DNA of 64,000 nt from Isurus oxyrinchus (lineage: Eukaryota). Positions 50,730 to 63,160 of this stretch are shown here, piece by piece. Position 1 is the stretch's first letter, and each line of letters starts with the position of its first letter. A model generated the notes under the pieces. That model made no database searches. It had not been told where the DNA came from and saw only the letters and a program-made list of their open reading frames with translations. The position numbers were made by a program, and so were the translations under genes. The DNA lies in contig JANJGN010000102.1 in assembly GCA_026770705.1 (NCBI GenBank), forward strand, positions 434,001 to 498,000. Reading direction: 5' to 3'.

Positions 50730-50846
50730 GATTACAGGATCTGTGCTGCAGTTCCCTGATGTGGACCATCTTTGGGGCCACAGGATTTTTCCTGTTCCTC
50801 TCTGTGACTTGTAACATTCTCTGCTGTGCTCGGAGCTACAGAAAAG
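50730..50846 (+). CDS. SIT1: SIT1-like exon 2: transmembrane
   Basis: ctggcag| ... G|GTAAC, 117 nt. GLQDLCCSSLMWTIFGATGFFLFLSVTCNILCCARSYRK. Confidence 0.85.
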
Positions 50847-51124
50847 GTAACATGTCTTGCCAGACAGCTTCTGCTATAGGTGGCTTTGGGGGAGTTGAGG
50901 AGGGCTAGGTGTGGTTAGGTTGGTTTGGTCACAGGACGAGCAGGAGTGGCTCAGTCACTGGGGCTGAAATGCTTCCCACTCACATCTAGATTGCGCAGTC
51001 ACTCAATGTCCTGCTGAGCAAACAGCATGTGGCCTCCCGGTATCAGCTACGGCTCAGTGTGTCAAAGGGTAGTGGGGTCAAGCCCCACCCAACACACAAA
51101 ATCCAGGCTGACTCTTCTATTGCA

Positions 51125-51500
51125 GTACTGTCGGATGGTCAGTGTTGAGGGAGAGCCGCACTGTTGGATGGTCAGGACTCAGGGAGTGCCGCACTGTTGG
51201 AGGGTCAGTACTGAGGGAGAGCCGCACTGTCGGAGGGTCAGTGCTGAGGGAGAGCCGCACTGTTGGAGGGTCAGTGCTGAGGGAGAGCCGCACTGTCGGA
51301 GGGTCAGTACTGAGGGAGCGCCGCACTGTCGGAGGGTCAGTACTGAGGGAGTGCCGCATTGTCGGAGGGTCAGTGTTGAGGGAGTGCCGCACTGTCGGAG
51401 GGTCAGTGTTGAGGGAGCGCCGCACTGTCGGGTGGTCAGGACTGAGGGAGTGCCGCACTGTCAGAGGGTCAGTACTGAGGGAGTGCTGCACTGTCAGAGG
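51125..51500 (+). repeat. 33-bp minisatellite
   Basis: Unit gtcagtactgagggagtgccgcactgtcggagg; 11-aa periodicity in the ORF track. Confidence 0.92.
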
Positions 51501-52067
51501 TGTGTACTAGTGTAAAGAGTTAGTTTATCTTGCAGCTGCTTGCCTGACACAGTTAACCCTTACATAATGCAGGCACGTATCTGGAATCTCTCGCCTGTAA
51601 CAGACTTTATGCCCAGGGCTTACTTCTGCGCTGCTCAACCGCTGCAAGTGTGGGTGGGCTCAGGAAATGCTGCAACCAATCCTGGGTGTGTCTGAAAAGT
51701 GACCTGGGCTGCCGTTGCCTTGGAATTTGGCCTCTCTCCATGGCCGAAGTCAAACGCGACGAGGAGGAGAGGCTGTGCCCTCTTGAGGTGAGGTGTCTCC
51801 AGGGCTGAGCTTACCTCGGACCTGCTGGGGGGGGGTCTGCTTTGTACTGACAACCCACAAAGCCCACGGTAACCCCAGGCATGTCCAGCGAGGGCAGACA
51901 GGGGACATGGAGCGACCTACAGGAAACAAACAGGCAGAGTATGGGGAAGGTGGTGCGGGGAAGGGGGTGGTGCTTGGCAGGGGCGGGTGGTGAAGCTGTA
52001 GCCTAACGCACCCACCGTGCCACACCCACAGTCGATGATCAGTCAACAACATGTTTCTTTCTCCCAG

Positions 52068-52104
52068 GTCACTCCACAAAGTTCCTACCTCGCTTCCGGA
52101 GAAG
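52068..52104 (+). CDS. SIT1: SIT1-like exon 3
   Basis: ttctttctcccag| GHSTKFLPRFRR AG|GTAAGT; phase 1-2. Confidence 0.78.
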
Positions 52105-52868
52105 GTAAGTTGAAAAATAATCAGTGCGCTCGCCGATCAATTTGCAGCTTACGGATGCTGGTCACGGCTTAACACCCTGACCATTTGTTGCAGCACCACC
52201 CCCCCAGCCCCACGGGACTGATTGTGTTACAGCTGATTCATGGCTGTAAGTGTTGTAGCTCCACATGTCTTCCGTTCACCCACAACCCTTTATATATAAG
52301 TATATATAATGTATTTAATTTTCATCCACCAATAACCACGGCAGTCAAAAATCTCAGATTTAGGATTAGCAGTCGATGAAGCCTCAAGTGCCATTTGGGG
52401 GAAGAGAGTTCCAAACTCCAACCACCCTTTGTGTGTAGGAGTCTTTCCTCATTTCACTCCTGAACGGTCTGCCTCTCATTTTCAGACTCGGCCCCTCGTC
52501 CCAGACTTCCCCCAGCCAGGGTGAAATGGTCCCCCTCTATTGGGCCTATCAGTTCCCCTGAATATCTCCAAAACTTTGATCAGGTCGCCCTCAGAGCAGT
52601 CTCCATTCCAGGGAACACAACCCTCGATTGCGTTTAATCTCTCCTCATCATTTAACCTTGGAGTCCAGGTAAATCCACACTGAACTCCCTCTGAGGTCTT
52701 CCTTAGGCAAGTGACAGGTGCATGAGATTTTCTCATCCAAAGTGTGCCCAATGCCTCTCTAAACAAATTGTCACTGAGGTATAGTATCTGTCTAGCTTTT
52801 GCAAGACTGACTGTGGTTTCTAGCTGACTCACAGTGTCAACCAGATGTTCTTATTCATTGTGCCTCAG

Positions 52869-52936
52869 TTTTAGTTTCAAGTCGAAAGAAGTGGAAGACA
52901 GTCCTGTTTATGGAAACATCAACTACATTTACACAG
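52869..52936 (+). CDS. SIT1: SIT1-like exon 4 (YGN motif)
   Basis: tgcctcag| (or 52875) SFSFKSKEVEDSPVYGNINYIYT G|GTAAG; phase 2-1. Matches SIT1 PLYGNLHYLQTG and TRIM EDTPIYGNL. Confidence 0.88.
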
Positions 52937-53139
52937 GTAAGAAGCTCAGCCTCCTATTCACACCCGAATTCTCACACCTCTATATTTAGATGCAGGGCTA
53001 TTGGCCCCAGGGACCACTGACATCCCACCTATACTGACAGCATCATTCATTCAATTCGAGAAATGTGCACTGATCTAACTTTTCCTGGGCAAAGTCACAG
53101 CAGATTTATGTGTATAATGATACAGGCACAAAATATATA

Positions 53140-54985
53140 GATACACACACTCTGTCTCTCTCTCTCACGCACACTCTCTCTGATGCATACACACACACTC
53201 TCATACACACACACACTCTCTCTCTCACATACACACACACACTCACACACTCTCTCACATACNNNNNNNNNNNNNNNNNNNNNNNNNNNNNNNNNNNNNN
53301 NNNNNNNNNNNNNNNNNNNNNNNNNNNNNNNNNNNNNNNNNNNNNNNNNNNNNNNNNNNNNNNNNNNNNNNNNNNNNNNNNNNNNNNNNNNNNNNNNNNN
53401 NNNNNNNNNNNNNNNNNNNNNNNNNNNNNNNNNNNNNNNNNNNNNNNNNNNNNNNNNNNNNNNNNNNNNNNNNNNNNNNNNNNNNNNNNNNNNNNNNNNN
53501 NNNNNNNNNNNNNNNNNNNNNNNNNNNNNNNNNNNNNNNNNNNNNNNNNNNNNNNNNNNNNNNNNCTCTCTCACATTCGCACTCTCGCTAACACACACAC
53601 TCTCTCTCACATACACACTCTTTCATACACATACATGTACACTCACAAATATTTGCACATGCGCGCATACACACACTGATGCACACATGCACACAGAAAG
53701 GCACACACATAGACACAGTCACATGCACACTTGCACACACAGCCACACATCTCAGCACACAAGTGCACATACATGCACACACACTCACTTGCACACACAG
53801 CCACACATCTCAGCACACGCACATGCACATACACGCACATACATTTGCACAGACACAGCCACTCACACACGCACTCTCAAACACATTCACCCTCACACAA
53901 CACACGCACATGTGCATGCACATACAGTCACTCTGACACATACACACAGTCATTCTCTCACACACACACACAATCTCACAACCATTTGCACATGCATGCA
54001 CACACACACACACACACATACACTCGCACACACAAAGACACAGGCATGTGCACACTTGCACATACAGCCACATATCTCAGCACAGAAACACATGCACACA
54101 CTCACTCACTCACTTACACACACACACAGCCACACACAGGCTCTCAAACACATTCACTCACACACACTCAAACACACATTTACACACACACACATACACA
54201 CACATACACAGTCACACACACAAACACTGTCACACACACCCAGTCACTCACACACCCACTCACACACATTCTCACAAACACTTACCCCCAGTCACTCACA
54301 CACACATTCCCAGTCACTCTCTCACACACACATCCCCACTCTCACACACCCACAGTCACTCGCTCACACACACACACATCCCCACAGACTCACACACACA
54401 CTCTCACAAACATTTGCACATGTGCGCATACACACACATACACAGATGCACATGTGCACACACAGAGGCACACACATATACAGTCACATGCACACTCGCA
54501 CACATATGCACATCTCAGCACACAAACACACACATGCACATACAGACACACACACTCACTTGCACACACAACACACACACACACAGCAACACACTCTCAA
54601 ACACATATTCACTCACACACACTCACCACAAACACACACGCACACTTGCGCACACCCAGTCACACACACACACACCCAGTCACTCGCACATGTGCGCATG
54701 CACACACACTTGCATGTGTACACATATGTGCACACACGCATAGACACATGCATTCTTACACACAGATGCACATCTCACCTCCCAGCACATGTGCACATGC
54801 GTACACACACACACTCACTTGCACACACAGCCACACGCTCATACACATGCATACTCTCAAACACATTCACTCAAACACACGCATACACACTCACCACACA
54901 AACACATGCACGCACATACACACACACGTACATACACAAACACTCACTTGCACACACAGCCACATATACAAACGCGCACGCAGAC
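53140..54985. repeat. CA/CT-rich low-complexity tract containing an assembly gap (N at 53263-53565)
   Basis: Seen directly. Confidence 0.95.
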
Positions 54986-55176
54986 AAAACTCTCTCCCAG
55001 CTTTCACATCGATTATTACACACCAATCCATTACTCTCCATGCATTACCACACATCCATCACTCTGCATTCTCCTTCATTTTTAAGTCATCCTAATCCAG
55101 GTAACATCACGAGGTGATGTTCACAGTGAACACAACCCTTGATGTACTCATCAAAATTGACTCATTGTCTCTACAG

Positions 55177-55229
55177 GGATGGAGAGACAGAGCAACGGGC
55201 AGTCAGTGGAAGCTGGAACAGGACTAAAG
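55177..55229 (+). CDS. SIT1: SIT1-like exon 5
   Basis: tgtctctacag| GMERQSNGQSVEAGTGLK |GTTGGT; phase 1-0, which bridges exons 4 and 6. Confidence 0.7.
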
Positions 55230-56213
55230 GTTGGTATTGAAGCCGAGTTGGATGCCGAAGGTTTATTCTGGTTTTACCGAGCATTTCCCCGCAAAAACTG
55301 GAATGAGCAGTCTGTCGTCTCGCCGCTCTTGGCGGGATTTTGCTGTGTGGCAGAGGGCCATCTATTCACCTACATAAGCCAGGTCATTGTGCTTCAGGGT
55401 GCAGTGCTCGAAATATCTCCTGAGAGAGAGAGAGAGACAGACAGAGGGGGAGAGAGAGACGTGATGGGGTTCTCCGCAAACACCCGGCTCAAGACCTTTC
55501 TCTACCTGAAAGGATGCGTGCAAAATTCTGCGGGCTACGTTTCATGATAGAAAAATGTAAAGTTCTGCTGCACCTGACTGGAACAGGAAACTGGGGTTTT
55601 ATTTCTTTTTTATTTGTAAATTCAGGAGCGGCCGCCAAGGCTGGCAAATTCTCCACCTAACTCACTGTTGGAAAATGATCTCCCCGAGACCGGCTTAAAA
55701 CGTGGGGCAGAGGGATTCACTCCCGCTTTCTCATTTCTTTCGTCCTCACGGGATTGAGGGGTTGGGTGTCTGTGAGTTTGCCTGGAGTCTGTGTTTCACT
55801 GCCCTCCTGGTGGCTCACAAGGTCTCTCACCATGCCGAGCTTCCTGTCCCTGACCTACATTACATTCTGCACTTGCACTGTGTGAATGCAGCGGCAGCCA
55901 GCGAGGGAGACAGGCCTGTGGTCACGTTCACTGTGCCTAACAATACACAGAGTACACAATCCAGGTTCTGTCGCAGGGTCATGAGGACTCGAAACGTCAA
56001 CTCTTTTCTTCTCCGCCGATGCTGCCAGACCTGCTGAGATTTTCCAGGTAATTCTGTTTTTGTTCCAGGTTTCACGTGTCAGTTTGGATGAGACACCCAT
56101 TCCCAGTTCTAGGATCTTCCAGCGCCCACTGTTGGCCTATATGTGTCGTCCACTGCTTGTCAGAGTTTAGATGGGTACAGGTCCAAGCCTGACTTTGTGG
56201 GGGAAATGTTGCC

Positions 56214-57056
56214 AGTGTAGAGGGAGCTTTACTCTGTATCTAACCCCGTGCTGTACCTGTCCTGGGAGTGTTTGATGGGGACGGTGTAGAGGGAGCTTTA
56301 CTCTGTATCTAACCCCGTGCTGTACCTGTCCTGGGAGTGTTTGATGGGGACGGTGTAGAGGGAGCTTTACTCTGTATCTAACCCGGTGCTGTACCTGTCC
56401 TGGGAGTGTTTGATGGGGACGGTGTAGAGGGAGCTTTACTTTGTATCTAACCCTGTGCTGTACCTGTCCTGGGAGTGTTTGACGGAGACGGTGTAGAAGG
56501 AGCTTTACTCTGTATCTAACCCCGTGCTGTACCTGCCCTGGGAGTGTTTGATGGGGACAGTGTAGAGGGAGCTGTACTCTGTATCTAACCCCGTGCTGTT
56601 CCTGTCCTGGGAGTGTTTGATGGGGATGGTGTAGAGGGAGCTTTACTCTGTATCTAACACCGTGCTGTACCTGTCCTGGGAGTGTTTGATGGGGACGGTG
56701 TAGAGGAAGCTTTACTCTGTATCTAACCCTGTGCTGTACCTGTCCTGGGAGTGTTTGATGGGGACAGTGTAGAGGGAGCTTTACTCTGTATCTGACCCCG
56801 TGCTGTACCTGTCCTGGGAGTGTTTGATGGGGACAGTGTAGAGGGAGCTTTACTCTGTATCTAACCCCTTGCTGTACCTGTCCTGGGAATGTTTGATGGG
56901 GACAGTGTAGAGGGAGCTTTACTCTGTATCTAACCCCGTGCTGTACCTGTCCTGGGAGTGTTTGATGGGGACATGTAGAGGGAGCTTTACTCTGTATCTA
57001 ACCCCATGCTGTACCTGTCCTGGGAGTGTTTGATGGGGACATGTAGAGGGAGCTAT
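56214..57056 (-). repeat. 69-bp minisatellite array
   Basis: About 12 units. Confidence 0.95.
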
Positions 57057-57236
57057 ATGCCTGTATACCTTGGACTGTGTCAGTATTTACAGGGGAACCT
57101 GGGTATTGTGTCAGTATTTACAGGGGGTCCCTGGGGAGGGTGTCAGGGTTATTAATAAGGATCCCCCAGGCAGTGAGTATTTACAGAGAGTCCCTGGGGA
57201 GTGCGTCACGATCTCTCACACTCTCGCTTCCCACAG

Positions 57237-57548
57237 GCTATCACTCCACGGCAAATCTGTTACGCCAAGCTCGAGCTCCCTGCCTCCCGTGACCACCGAG
57301 GCAGGAAGTTGACCAAGACGCAATATACCGAGACCCTGAACATGTTGAAGAAAAGCAGGATGGACAGAAAGGAGCAGCAGGGGGCCTCGAAGATCCAGGC
57401 TGACAGCTCTCTGAGCAGGACTGTGCCCCAATTCCTGGCCAGTCAGGACCTGGAGCACTCCGAACTTTACGCCTCAGTCTGCCTGGACCAGCGAGAGGGC
57501 AAGGGGCGGAGTGAGGAGTACGCGAACAAGGAAAGCCTTAAAATTTAA
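57237..57548 (+). CDS. SIT1: SIT1-like last exon with four tyrosine motifs
   Basis: cttcccacag| phase 0. ICYAKL, TQYTET, ELYASVC and EEYANK are colinear with mammalian SIT1 MCYTSL, VKYSEV, ELYASVC and QAYANS. Spliced CDS is 621 nt (206 aa). Confidence 0.9.
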   Translation, partial: AITPRQICYAKLELPASRDHRGRKLTKTQYTETLNMLKKSRMDRKEQQGASKIQADSSLSRTVPQFLASQDLEHSELYASVCLDQREGKGRSEEYANKESLKI

Positions 57549-58051
57549 CAAGACAAATCCCTCGTGACGCTGCATCATGGATCTGTATTTACTTCATCCA
57601 CAATCTCTCGCCAAAATTCAAATTTTTCGAATCAAAATTCTTTACTGATGGAGTAAACAATCCCGTGTGCTGGTGGATAGTCCAAAAGTGAATCTTGCTC
57701 CTTGAGAATCAAGAACGGTTCCAGAACAAAGAGGTCCAATAACTGCTCTGGACACAGAGTACTCCCAGACAACTGAGGGAGTCAAACATTCAGGACCAAA
57801 TCAAGTCCAGGCTTTGCTCATTCACGTATATTATTTCAGGGGTTTATTTGTGCAGGTACAAATCTCAACGTCCTAGGTCAGAGGAGATAAATTTCATCAG
57901 AAATCGAGATACATTCTTGTTTGCCGTCTCTCCCGTTCCAGTTTCCAAGACCAAATTCTCAGCTCTATTATCCTTTAAGCACCTCCACCGGCAGCCGAAA
58001 CTGAATGACTTAGTGAACAGATATTTACAGGTCTCTGGGTGTGGGCATTAA

Positions 58052-60372
58052 CAGGGGACCCCTGGAAGTGTCAGCATTTGCAGTGGCTATCCGGGGGAGT
58101 GTGTCAGTATTTACAGGGGGTCCCCGGGGAGTGTGTCAGTATTTACAGGGGGTCCCCGGGGAATGTGTCAATATTTACAGGGAGTCCCCAGGGGAGTGTG
58201 TCAATATTTACAGGGAGTCCCTAGGGGGAGTGTGTCAGTATTTACAGGGTGGTCTCCGGGGAGTGTGTCAGTATTTACAGGGGTACCCTGGGGAGTGTGT
58301 CAGTATTTACAGGGGGTCCCTGGGGGGAGTGTGTCAGTATTTACAGGGTGGTCTCCGGGGAGTGTGTCAGTATTTACAGGGGTACCCTGGGGAGTGTGTC
58401 AGTATTTACAGGGGGTCCCCGGGGAGTGCGTCAGTATTGACAGGGGGTACCCCGGGGAGTGTGTCAGTATTTACAGGGGGTCCCCGGGGAATGTGTCAAT
58501 ATTTACAGGGAATCCCCGGGGGGGGTGTGTGTCAGTATTTACAGGGAGTGCCCGGGGGAGTGTGTCAGTATTTACAGGGGGTCCCTGGGGAGTGTGTCAG
58601 TATTTACAGGGAGTCCCCAGGGGAGTGTGTCAATATTTACAGGGAGTCCCTGGGGGAGTGTGTCAGTATTTACAGGGTGGTCTCCGGGGAGTGTGTCAGT
58701 ATTTACAGGGGTACCCTGGGGAGTGTGTCAGTATTTACAGGGGGTCCCCGGGGAGTGCGTCAGTATTGACAGGGGGTACCCCGGGGAGTGTGTCAGTATT
58801 TACAGGGGGTCCCCGGGGAATGTGTCAATATTTACAGGGAATCCCCGGGGGGGGTGTGTGTGTCAGTATTTACAGGGAGTCCCCAGGGGAGTGTGTCAAT
58901 ATTTACAGGGAGTCCCTGGGGGAGTGTGTCAGTATTTACAGGGTGGTCTCCGGGGAGTGTGTCAGTATTTACAGGGGTATCCTGGGGAGTGAGTCAGTAT
59001 TTACAGGGGGTCCCCGGGGAGTGTGTCAGTATTTACAGGGTGGTCTCCGGGGAGTGTGTCAGTATTTACAGGGGTCCCCAGGGAGTGCGTCAGTATTGAC
59101 AGGGGGTACCCCGGGGAGTGTGACAGTATTTACAGGGGGTCCCTGGGGAGTGTCAGTATTTACAGGGAATCCCCAGGGGGGGGGAATGTGTCAGTATTTA
59201 CAGGGAATCCCCAGGGGGGGGGGGGGGTGTGTCAGTATTTACAGGGAGTGCCCGGGGGAGTGTGTCAGTATTTACAGGGAGTCCCCAGGGGAGTGTGTCA
59301 ATATTTACAGGGAGTCCCTGGGGGAGTGTGTCAGTATTTACAGGGTGGTCTCCGGGGAGTGTGTCAGTATTTACAGGGGTACCCTGGGGAATGTGTCAAT
59401 ATTTACAGGGGGTCCCCGGGGAGTGTGTCAGTATTTACAGGGTGGTCTCCGGGGAGTGTGTCAGTATTTACAGGGGTACCCTGGGGAGTGTGTCAGTATT
59501 TACAGGGGGTCCCTGGGGGAGTGTGACAGTATTTGCAGGGTGGTCTCCGGGGAGTGTGTCAGTATTTACAGGGGTACCCTGGGGAGTGTGTCAGTATTTA
59601 CAGGGGGTCCCCAGGGAGTGCGTCAGTATTGACAGGGGGTACCCCGGGGAGTGTGACAGTATTTACAGGGGGTCCCTGGGGAGTGTCAGTATTTACAGGG
59701 GTACCCCAGGGAGTGTATCAGTATTTACAGGGTGGTCTCCGGGGAGTGTCAATATTTACAGGGGGTCCTCGGGGAGTGTGTCAGTATTTACAGGGGGTCC
59801 CCGGGGAGTGTGTCAGTATTTACAGGGGGTCCCTGGGGGAGTGTGTCAGTATTTACAGGGGGTCCCCGGGGTGTGTGACAGTATTTACAGGGTGGTTTCC
59901 GGGGAGTGTGTCAGTACTTACAGGGGGTCCCTGGGGGAGTGTGTCAGTATTTACAGGGGGAACCCGGGGGAGTGTGACAGTATTTACAGGGTGGTTTCCG
60001 GGGAGTGTGTCAGTATTTACAGGGGGTCCTCGGGGAGTGTGTCAGTATTTACAGGGGGTCCCCAGGGAGTGTGTCAGTATTTACAGGGTGTCCTTGGGGT
60101 GTGTGACAGTATTTACAGGGTGGTTTCCGGGGAATGTGTCAGTATTTACAGGGTGGTCTCCGGGGAGTGTGTCAGTACTTACAGGGGGTCCTTGGGGAGT
60201 GTGTCAGTACTTACAGGGGTGTCCCCGGGGAGTGTGTCAGTACTTACAGGGGGTCCCCGGGGAGTGTGTCAGTATTTACAGGGGGTCCCCGGGGTGTGTG
60301 ACAGTATTTACAGGGTGGTTTCCGGGGAGTGTGTCAGTATTTACAGGGGGGTCCCTGGGGAATGTATTTACA
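58052..60372 (+). repeat. About 32-bp G-rich minisatellite (also 22637-22943 and 57070-57207)
   Basis: Unit gtgtgtcagtatttacagggggtccccgggga with higher-order variants. Confidence 0.95.
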
Positions 60373-60659
60373 CACCTGTGTTAGGCACTGTGTAGTCACT
60401 GTTCACCTCACTGAAATAATGCAATCATGGACTGAGATCAATAGCCTGTGACACTGCATTCTATGTAGGTAGATCCACTGATCTTATAACATTACACACA
60501 GTGAGTACTGCAGAGCAAACTTTAAAAGTGATCCATTTTCTTCCTGGAACAGCTTGGATGTTGCGGGTCAAAGTATGACTTAAAAGAGCTTTTTAAAACA
60601 AAAATCAAAAGAAAATGGTAAAACATGCAGTTTGCAAGAGCATCAAAAGATACATGATG

Positions 60660-61990
60660 AATCGTAGGCTGAAACGGCACAGAAGGCGACCGTTCAGCCC
60701 ATCCTGCTTATGCCGGCTCTTTGAAAGAGCTATCTAATTGGTCCCCCTTTTCCTAATGGCTGTTCAAATTTTTCCCCTTCGAGTATTTCTCCAATTCCCC
60801 CTTTTGAACGTTCCTATTGAATCTGCTTCCACCGCTCTTTCAGGCAGCGCCTTCCAGATCACAACAACTCGCTGTGTCAAAAAAATTCTCCTCATCCCCC
60901 CCCCCTCTGAATCTTTTATCGATTCCCTTCAATCTGTGTTCCCCCCCTCTGGTTACCGACCCTCCTGCCACTGGAAACACTTTCTCCTCATTTACTCAAT
61001 CCAAACCCCCTCGTGATTCTGAACGCCTCGATTCAATCTCCCCCTTAAACTTCTCCGCTCTAAGGAGAACAATCCCGGCTTCTCCAAACACTCCACGTGA
61101 ACTGAAGTCTCTCATCCCTGGAACCGTTCTAATAAATCTCCTCATTGCGAATACAGTACCAAGACAGTGCTGCACATCGCTCAGGATGAGACATTAAACT
61201 GAGATCGCTATCTGCTCTTTCAGGTGGACTTGAAAGATTCCACTGCCACTAATGGAGGAGGTGAGGGTGGGGGTTGGTGGACTAATAATCCTCCCTCATC
61301 ATCACCAACAGATCAACTACTCATTCATCTCACAACTGTTTGTGGGAGCTTGCTGTGCGCAAATTGACTGCTGCACTTTCTACATTTAGACAATGACTGT
61401 ATTCCAAAAGAATGTCAAGTGTGCAGTTTTGGTCTCCTTATTTAAAGAAGCATGCAAATGTGCTGGGAGATGGTTCAGAGGAGGTTTACTAGATTAATAC
61501 CTGGAATGAGCGGGTTGTCTGATGAGGAAAGGTTAGAGGCTGGGTTTGTTTCTACTGGAGTTTAGATGAGTGATGGGTGGGGGGGGGGGGTGATTTGATT
61601 GAAGTATACAAGATCCTGAACGGCCTTGACAAGGTGGACGTGGAAAGGATCTTTCCTCTTGTGGGTGAGTCCAGAACTAGCGGGCACTGTTTTAAAATCA
61701 TGGGTTGCGCTTTCAGGACAGAGATGAGGAGAAATCTTTTTCTGTCAGAGGGCTGTGCAATTTTGGACCTCTCTGTCTCAGAAGGCGGTGGAGGTGGGGT
61801 TGCTGAATATTTTTAAGGCGGAGGTAGATATATTCTTGTTCGGCAATATAAACAGATTTTTGATCAACAAGAATCGAGCGTTATAGGGGTCAGGTAAGTG
61901 GAGTTGAGATCACAATCAGATCAGCCATGATTGTATCGAATGGGGGAGCAGGCTTGATGGACCGAATGGCCTACTCCTGCTTCTTATGTT
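60660..61990. mobile_element. CR1 fragments with a DeuSINE-like remnant (about 61150-61410)
   Basis: CR1 motifs, plus ggatgagacattaaac...caggtggac and tgtgggagcttgctgtgcgcaaattg blocks that I recall from Deu-domain SINEs. Confidence 0.6.
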
Positions 61991-62489
61991 GTCACTTGCT
62001 GACATTTAACTAGTAACTGCAGTTAGATAAAATGACTTTAATATATTTTCCAGTGTCTCCAGCTGTCCCAAAAACTCTTCACAGCCAAGTAAATACTTTT
62101 ATTTTCGAAGTGTGGTCACTGTTGTAGTGCAGGAAATGCAGCAGCCAATTTGTATACAGCAAGCTCCAACAAACAGCAATATAGTATTGGCCCAGATGGT
62201 TGGTTTTAGCTATGCTTGAGATTTCAATGCTTGGGTTTCAATCTACCAGATCTCTCATTAAGGCAAGGACAAAAAAAAAACCTGAGAAAATACTTACTGT
62301 TGTTCCAAAGTGATTTTTTTCGTTGTAAAAATAGCAGCAGGTCATATGTCCATTAGACACTGACCTCCTTCATCTGGAACCCAGGTCCACAGGCTAATGG
62401 GGGGAATCTTTCCACTGGTTATAAAAAGTCTCTGGGAGGAGAATCTGTAGCAGCCATATCACTATCCCACAAAGGCTCACACAATCTAG

Positions 62490-63160
62490 GGGGAACTTTA
62501 CTCTGTGTCTATCCCCGTACCTGTCCTGGGTGTTTGATGGGGACGGTGTAGAGGGAGCTTTACTCTGTATATAACCCCGTGCTGTACCTGTCCTGTGAGT
62601 GTTTGATTGGGACAGTGTAGAGGGAGCTTTACTCTGTATCTATCCCCGTGCTGTACCTGTCCTGGGAGTGTTTGATGGGGAGGGTGTAGAGGGAGATTTA
62701 CTCTATATCTAACCCCGTGCTGTACCTGTCCTGGGTGTGTTTGATGGGGACGGTGTAGAGGGAGCTTTACTCAGTATCTAACCCCGTGCCGTACCTGTCC
62801 TGGGAGTGTTTGATGGGGTCAGTGTAGAGGGAGCTGTACTCTGTATCTAACCCCGTGCTGTACCTGTCCTGGGAGTGTTTGATGGGGTCAGTGTAGAGGG
62901 AGCTGTACTCTGTATCTTACCCCGTGCTGTACCAGTCCTGGGAGTGTTTCATGGGGACAGTGTAGAAGGAGCTTTACTCTATCTAACGCCACGCTGTACC
63001 TGTCCTGGGTGTTTGATGGGGACAGTGTAGAGGGAGCTTTACTCTGTATCTAACCCCGTGCTGTACCTGTCCTGGGAGTGTTTGATGGGGACAGTGTAGA
63101 AGGAGCTTTACTCTATCTAACGCCATGCTGTACCTGTCCTGGGTGTTTGATGGGGACAGT
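62490..63160 (-). repeat. 69-bp minisatellite array
   Basis: About 10 diverged units. Confidence 0.93.

Noticed and set aside
53095-55117. 644-aa and 454-aa His/Thr-rich ORFs
   Set aside because: Translations of a CA microsatellite, partly spanning an N gap.
58041-60395. Long overlapping ORFs up to 499 aa
   Set aside because: Stop-poor 32-bp minisatellite that is open in several frames.
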